Notes under the pieces: generated by a model
What the model was told of the DNA's origin: nothing
What the model saw: the letters and a program-made list of their open reading frames with translations, nothing else
Database searches by the model: none
Shown here: positions 27,996 through 32,000 of the stretch, piece after piece
Layout of the letters: each line of letters opens with the position of its first letter
Numbering within the stretch: position 1 is the stretch's first letter
Translations under genes and position numbers: made by a program
DNA from: Flavobacteriaceae bacterium
Lineage (GTDB): Bacteria > Bacteroidota > Bacteroidia > Flavobacteriales > Flavobacteriaceae
Length of the DNA: 32,000 nt
NCBI GenBank assembly: GCA_965224465.1
Contig: OZ245049.1
Location: forward strand, 3,840,001 to 3,872,000
Direction: 5' to 3'

Positions 27996-29102
27996 ATGAT
28001 GGCAGTCAAACGTCTTATGGCACTGGATGTTTTACGGGGATTAACCATTGCGTTAATGATCCTTGTAAACACTCCAGGAAGTTGGAGCTACGTATATCCG
28101 CCTTTGTTACATGCAAAATGGCATGGGTGTACACCTACCGATTTGGTGTTTCCTTTCTTTTTATTTATTGTAGGAGTCTCCATGTGGTATGCTTTTAAAA
28201 AATTTGATGCAGGCATTACAAAGCCTGCATTATTAAAGGTATTCAAACGATTTTCTATCATGTTCTTGTTAGGGTTGTTTTTAAATGCATTTCCTAAATT
28301 CGATTTTGAAAACCTTAGGGTTATGGGAGTGTTACAGCGTATTGCTGTGGCATACTTAATAGGTGCATTGCTTTGTATGCAATTTAGTTTTAAACAGCTA
28401 TTGTATATTTTTGGAGGGATTTTGTTGAGTTATTGGGGCTTATTACATCTAAACAATGCTTCTGACGTATTTAGCCTATCGGGTAACCTAGTAAGACAAA
28501 TAGATGTATATCTTTTGGGTGAAAATCATGTGTATAAAGGTTTTGGAATCCCTTTTGATCCAGAAGGATTGTTGTCTTGTTTGCCGTCGGTTGCTACGGT
28601 GTTGTTAGGGTATTTTTCAGGAAGACTTATCAGCAATGTTTCTACGGTGATGGAGTCGGTAAAGTCTCTAGTAATATATGGTTCTTTAGCGGTGGCATTA
28701 GGAACCGTTTGGGGTTTTTGGTTTCCGATTAACAAGGCTTTATGGACAAGTTCCTATGTGTTGTACACGGGAGGACTCGCTATGTTATTCTTGGCGTTTT
28801 TATTGTTTTTGATTGATATAAAAGGAAAGAAAAAGTGGGCAACACCATTCTTGCATTTTGGAACAAATCCCTTGTTTATTTTTGTCTTTTCTGGATTGTT
28901 TGCAAAGACGATGATTTATTTAGTAACTATAAGCAATGCTTCGGGGAAATCAGAAACAGGATACGCTTATTTGTACAACCATGTATTTGTACCGATAGCA
29001 GGAAATATGAACGGCTCTTTGTTATTTGCTGTTTCACATATAATGGCTTATTGGTTGATAACTTATATACTGTATAAACGGAAAATATTTATTAAAATAT
29101 AA
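27996..29102 (+). CDS. DUF1624/COG4299 membrane protein (heparan-alpha-glucosaminide N-acetyltransferase-like; 'NagX'-type)
   Basis: The N-terminus RLMALDVLRGLTIALMILVNTPGSW...WHGCTPTDLVFPFFLFIVG is characteristic of the HGSNAT-like family. It has about 10 TM helices. The ATG lies 1 nt after the nagP stop. Confidence 0.78.
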   Translation: MMAVKRLMALDVLRGLTIALMILVNTPGSWSYVYPPLLHAKWHGCTPTDLVFPFFLFIVGVSMWYAFKKFDAGITKPALLKVFKRFSIMFLLGLFLNAFPKFDFENLRVMGVLQRIAVAYLIGALLCMQFSFKQLLYIFGGILLSYWGLLHLNNASDVFSLSGNLVRQIDVYLLGENHVYKGFGIPFDPEGLLSCLPSVATVLLGYFSGRLISNVSTVMESVKSLVIYGSLAVALGTVWGFWFPINKALWTSSYVLYTGGLAMLFLAFLLFLIDIKGKKKWATPFLHFGTNPLFIFVFSGLFAKTMIYLVTISNASGKSETGYAYLYNHVFVPIAGNMNGSLLFAVSHIMAYWLITYILYKRKIFIKI

Positions 29103-29110
29103 TAAAAAAA

Positions 29111-29145
29111 CGGCTCAATTTTCTGAAAATTGAGCCGTTTTTTTT
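29111..29145 (+). terminator. Rho-independent terminator after the nagP/nagX-like operon
   Basis: The 12-bp perfect stem cggctcaatttt/aaaattgagccg (29111-29137) has the loop ctg and is followed by 8 T. Confidence 0.9.
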
Positions 29146-29234
29146 AGTGAAGATAATTCTTCTTAAAACGGGGAATTAAAACGAATGAGAGCTCGTTTCT
29201 TAATGTTGATATTTAGTCTCCAAGAATCACGCAG

Positions 29235-30221
29235 TTAAAAGTTTTGAAAAGTTTCTATATCACCATGTGCATTATTAAATATTAAAAACACTTTTAATGT
29301 TGGGTGATTGTGAATAAATACTTTTGTTTTTTCTAGCCCCATAGCCATAAAGGCGGTAGCGTAAGCATCGGTGTCTGCACAGTTAAAGGATCCAAAAACA
29401 GAGGCGCTTAGCAAATTACTAGCCGTAGCAAAGCCTGTTTTGGGATTGATGGTATGTACAAATCGGTGTCCGTTTTTATCTGTTTTGAATTTTCTGTAAT
29501 TTCCAGAGGAAGCTATAGATTCATTATTGAGTTGTATGGTGATAGCGATAGATCTTGAACCGTCAAAGTTTGGGTTTTCTATAGCAATTGTCCATAGTTT
29601 ATTGTGTTGATTGTGTCCTCTAGCTCTGATTTCACCACCTATTTCTACCATGTAATTTTCAATACTATGCTGTTCAAAATAGCGACTGATAACATCTACT
29701 AAATATCCTTTTCCAACGGCATTAAAATCAAATGTTATGGAGGGGTGCTTTTTGTGAATGCTCCCGTGAACGATTGCTACTTTATCAAAACCTACAAGTG
29801 GAAGTAGTTTTTTTATAGTAGCACTGTCGGGGAAATAAGTTGTTTTTTTTGGTCCAAAACCCCAAGCATTGACTAATATTCCAACAGTAGGGTCAAAAAA
29901 ACCATCGGTTTCTTTATAAATTCGTTTGGATGTTAGAAATATATCTTTAAAATAATGATCTATTAATAAGGTAGAGTCTCCAGCATTTATTTTTGAAATA
30001 TCCGATGTTGGAAGGTATTGAGAGGTAGATTTATTTACACCTTTTATGAGACTGTCGATTGCTTTTTGTACATCTAGATTTTCTGTATGTATAAATTTGA
30101 TGGAATAGGTAGTTCCAATAGCATTTCCTTGTAAAGCGTTGATTTTGAAATCTTGATTTTTACCAGTTTTTTTACACGAAATTATACTGATAAGACTGAT
30201 CAAAAGAATAATTTTTTTCAT
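29235..30221 (-). CDS. apbE: FAD:protein FMN transferase (ApbE family) lipoprotein
   Basis: The start is taken at the internal ATG 30221, which gives the lipoprotein signal MKKIILLISLISIISC. ApbE-like strings include FDPTVG, AVGKGYLVD, EIGGEI and ASSGNYRKF. The 38-aa extension to 30335 is probably spurious. Confidence 0.88.
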   Translation of the reverse strand: MKKIILLISLISIISCKKTGKNQDFKINALQGNAIGTTYSIKFIHTENLDVQKAIDSLIKGVNKSTSQYLPTSDISKINAGDSTLLIDHYFKDIFLTSKRIYKETDGFFDPTVGILVNAWGFGPKKTTYFPDSATIKKLLPLVGFDKVAIVHGSIHKKHPSITFDFNAVGKGYLVDVISRYFEQHSIENYMVEIGGEIRARGHNQHNKLWTIAIENPNFDGSRSIAITIQLNNESIASSGNYRKFKTDKNGHRFVHTINPKTGFATASNLLSASVFGSFNCADTDAYATAFMAMGLEKTKVFIHNHPTLKVFLIFNNAHGDIETFQNF

Positions 30222-30378
30222 CGAATAGTGAGTGGTTATAAGTGATTGCAAAGATAATATAAAAAATGTATAAAAAACTTTTAAAAAGGATGAAATCGTT
30301 CTTGTTGTGGTACGCTTTTTGTACATTTGTAACATTCGTTAAAAAACGAATATTTTTAAAACCTGTAAAATTAATATA

Positions 30379-31233
30379 ATGAAAAAATTCCTCGTAGTGG
30401 CAATCATGTCATCTGTAGTGTTGAGTTCTTGTGTGTCTAAGAAACAATATGCAGATTTAGAAAGTAAATTTGGAAAAAGCAAACAAGAGTTGGTTGATGC
30501 TAAAGCAAATTTAATGAAATGTGAAATTGAAAAAGACAAAAATACCACATTGGTTTCCTCTTTGGAACAACGTGTTGTTGAGTTGAAAAAAGACAAAGAA
30601 AAAACGTTGGAGTTTGTAGGAGACTTGACAGTTATTTCTAAGTCTGCTTCTGAAAACATTAAAGAAACATTGGCTCAAATGGCAAAAAAAGATGAGTATA
30701 TTCACTATATTCAAAATGCTATGAATGCTAAAGATTCTTTGAATTTAGCAATTGGATTCAAATTGAAAAGTGTATTGAAAGATGGACTGCATGATGAAGA
30801 TATCCAAGTGAATGTAGAAAAAACTGTTGTATATATTTCTATTGCAGATAAATTATTGTTTAGAAGTGGTAGTGCTATAATTTCTGATAGAGCGACTGCT
30901 GTTTTACGAAAAGTAGCTAAGGTGGTAAATGCACAGCCAGTTGATATGGAAGTAATGGTAGAAGGGTATACTGATAATATCTCTATTCGTACTGCTGGAA
31001 TTAAAGATAACTGGGATTTAAGTGTTAAAAGAGCTACAGCTGTTGTACGTATTTTACAAAATAAATTCAACGTAGCACCTTCTAGATTGGTTGCTGCAGG
31101 TCGTGGTGAATACACTCCAATTGATAGTAATGATACTGTTGAAGGTAGAGCTAAAAACAGAAGAACTAGAATTGTTTTAATGCCTAAATTAGATCAATTT
31201 TTTGATATCTTAAATACAAAAGTAGGAGAGTAA
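30379..31233 (+). CDS. OmpA-family lipoprotein with N-terminal coiled-coil region
   Basis: It has a lipoprotein signal (VVLSSC) and a Lys/Glu-rich coiled-coil segment. Its C-terminal OmpA-like peptidoglycan-binding domain contains GYTDN...NWDLSVKRA...GRAKNRRTRIVL. Confidence 0.9.
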   Translation: MKKFLVVAIMSSVVLSSCVSKKQYADLESKFGKSKQELVDAKANLMKCEIEKDKNTTLVSSLEQRVVELKKDKEKTLEFVGDLTVISKSASENIKETLAQMAKKDEYIHYIQNAMNAKDSLNLAIGFKLKSVLKDGLHDEDIQVNVEKTVVYISIADKLLFRSGSAIISDRATAVLRKVAKVVNAQPVDMEVMVEGYTDNISIRTAGIKDNWDLSVKRATAVVRILQNKFNVAPSRLVAAGRGEYTPIDSNDTVEGRAKNRRTRIVLMPKLDQFFDILNTKVGE

Positions 31234-31253
31234 TTTTCAACTTAATATTTTAT

Positions 31254-31283
31254 AAAAAAGCTGCCATTGGCAGCTTTTTTTTT
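31254..31283 (+). terminator. Rho-independent terminator after the ompA-family gene
   Basis: The hairpin agctgcc-att-ggcagct (31259-31275) is followed by a T-run and preceded by an A-run. Confidence 0.85.
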
Positions 31284-31435
31284 GTAATAAAATACAAGAA
31301 AAAGTAACCTAAGCAAATGATTTTGTGTCTAATGATTGAATAGTGCTTGATAATCAACTGATATTTTTGTAAGCAGAAATATATTATTGATATTAGGAGC
31401 TATAAATATTAAAAATCAAATCAATCAAAATTATT

Positions 31436-32000
31436 ATGGAAGGAATTTTAGAATCTTCAAAAGAATTAGGTGCACAGCTTTGGGATAGTTTCGGGCATTT
31501 TGTGAATGAAATAGTTGGGTTTGTCCCAAAACTTTTTTTAGCCCTTATCGTATGGATTATTGGGAAATGGATAGCCAAGGTATTGAGGCGTCTTATAATC
31601 AAAGGTCTTCAAATTGTAAAAATTGATACCATTGCAGATAAAATTGAGTTGGATAAATTATTAGGGCAAATAGGAATCAATCAGAAGTTGTCAGTAATTA
31701 TGGCAAACCTAGTCTACTACGTTTTATTGCTAGTGGTCTTATTATCTGTATTTGATGCTGTAGGATTGGGAGTTGCAAAACAACTGTTTGATAAAGTAAT
31801 TCTATTTATACCTAACTTGGTGATCGCTATTGTTTTATTGGTTTTCGGATTGTTCTTAGCTAATTTTGTAAGTAAGTTTATTGCAGACAGATTGCGGAAT
31901 ATGGATATTGAGTATGCAGATGCTATTGGTAAAATTTCCAAGTTTGCCATTATGCTTATTGCTGTTTCTATGGTGTTTTCTCAATTGAATATCGGAAATG
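31436..32000 (+). CDS. Membrane protein with conserved TM-helix repeats (mechanosensitive-channel-related family), 3' end outside the window
   Basis: An open frame runs from ATG 31436 to the window end (MEGILESSKELGAQLWDSFGHFVNEIVGFVPKLFLALIVWIIGKWIAKVLRR...). It has repeated TM-helix plus amphipathic units. The ORF track omits it because no stop lies within the window. The minus-strand ORFs 31393-31602 and 31717-31950 are shadows. Confidence 0.7.
   Translation, partial: MEGILESSKELGAQLWDSFGHFVNEIVGFVPKLFLALIVWIIGKWIAKVLRRLIIKGLQIVKIDTIADKIELDKLLGQIGINQKLSVIMANLVYYVLLLVVLLSVFDAVGLGVAKQLFDKVILFIPNLVIAIVLLVFGLFLANFVSKFIADRLRNMDIEYADAIGKISKFAIMLIAVSMVFSQLNIGN

Noticed and set aside
30222-30335. 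A 38-codon N-terminal extension of apbE in the ORF track.
   Set aside because: The internal Met at 30221 gives a textbook lipoprotein signal peptide (MKKIILLISLISIISC). The extension has no such logic and would bury the lipobox.
1-32000. Defence islands, prophage, transposases, integrases, toxin-antitoxin pairs, rRNA genes or biosynthetic clusters.
   Set aside because: Every ORF of 60 aa or more that is not an obvious shadow is accounted for by a housekeeping, transport or envelope family. None shows nuclease, ATPase, recombinase or phage hallmarks.

Overview
This is a low-GC chromosomal segment with clear Bacteroidota (Flavobacteriia-like) signatures. These include a SusC/SusD pair, an exbB-x-exbD-exbD Ton cluster, TAnnTTTG-type -7 promoter boxes, no Shine-Dalgarno use, and a LytS-like kinase paired with a LytTR regulator. 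Most of the window is ordinary housekeeping: asnS (5'-truncated), rpoN, the Ton energiser genes, tRNA-Ser(GGA), ansA, accBC, fabH, yceD-rpmF, pdxA, ribE, frr and pyrH. From 17.7 to 29.1 kb there is an N-acetylglucosamine/chitooligosaccharide-type uptake locus: long-form nagB, susD, susC, a two-component system, a NagP-like MFS permease and a NagX-like membrane protein. No glycoside hydrolase lies within it. After it come apbE, an OmpA-family lipoprotein and a 3'-truncated TM-helix-repeat protein. I do not see a convincing novel protein-coding system (no defence, toxin, phage or transposase genes). The one region the gene content does not explain is the 1.26-kb ORF-free gap between the convergent Zn-peptidase and lrp/asnC genes (8510-9772). 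It is built from a modular ~160-nt element with terminal inverted repeats. There are three full copies plus tandemly amplified left (108-110 nt) and right (52 nt) half-modules, and a deletion derivative sits in inverted orientation at 17591-17652. It behaves like a MITE/Correia/REP-type element or a multicopy structured ncRNA, and it is the best candidate for something undescribed here. All calls come from reading the sequence and translations by eye. No database searches were run.
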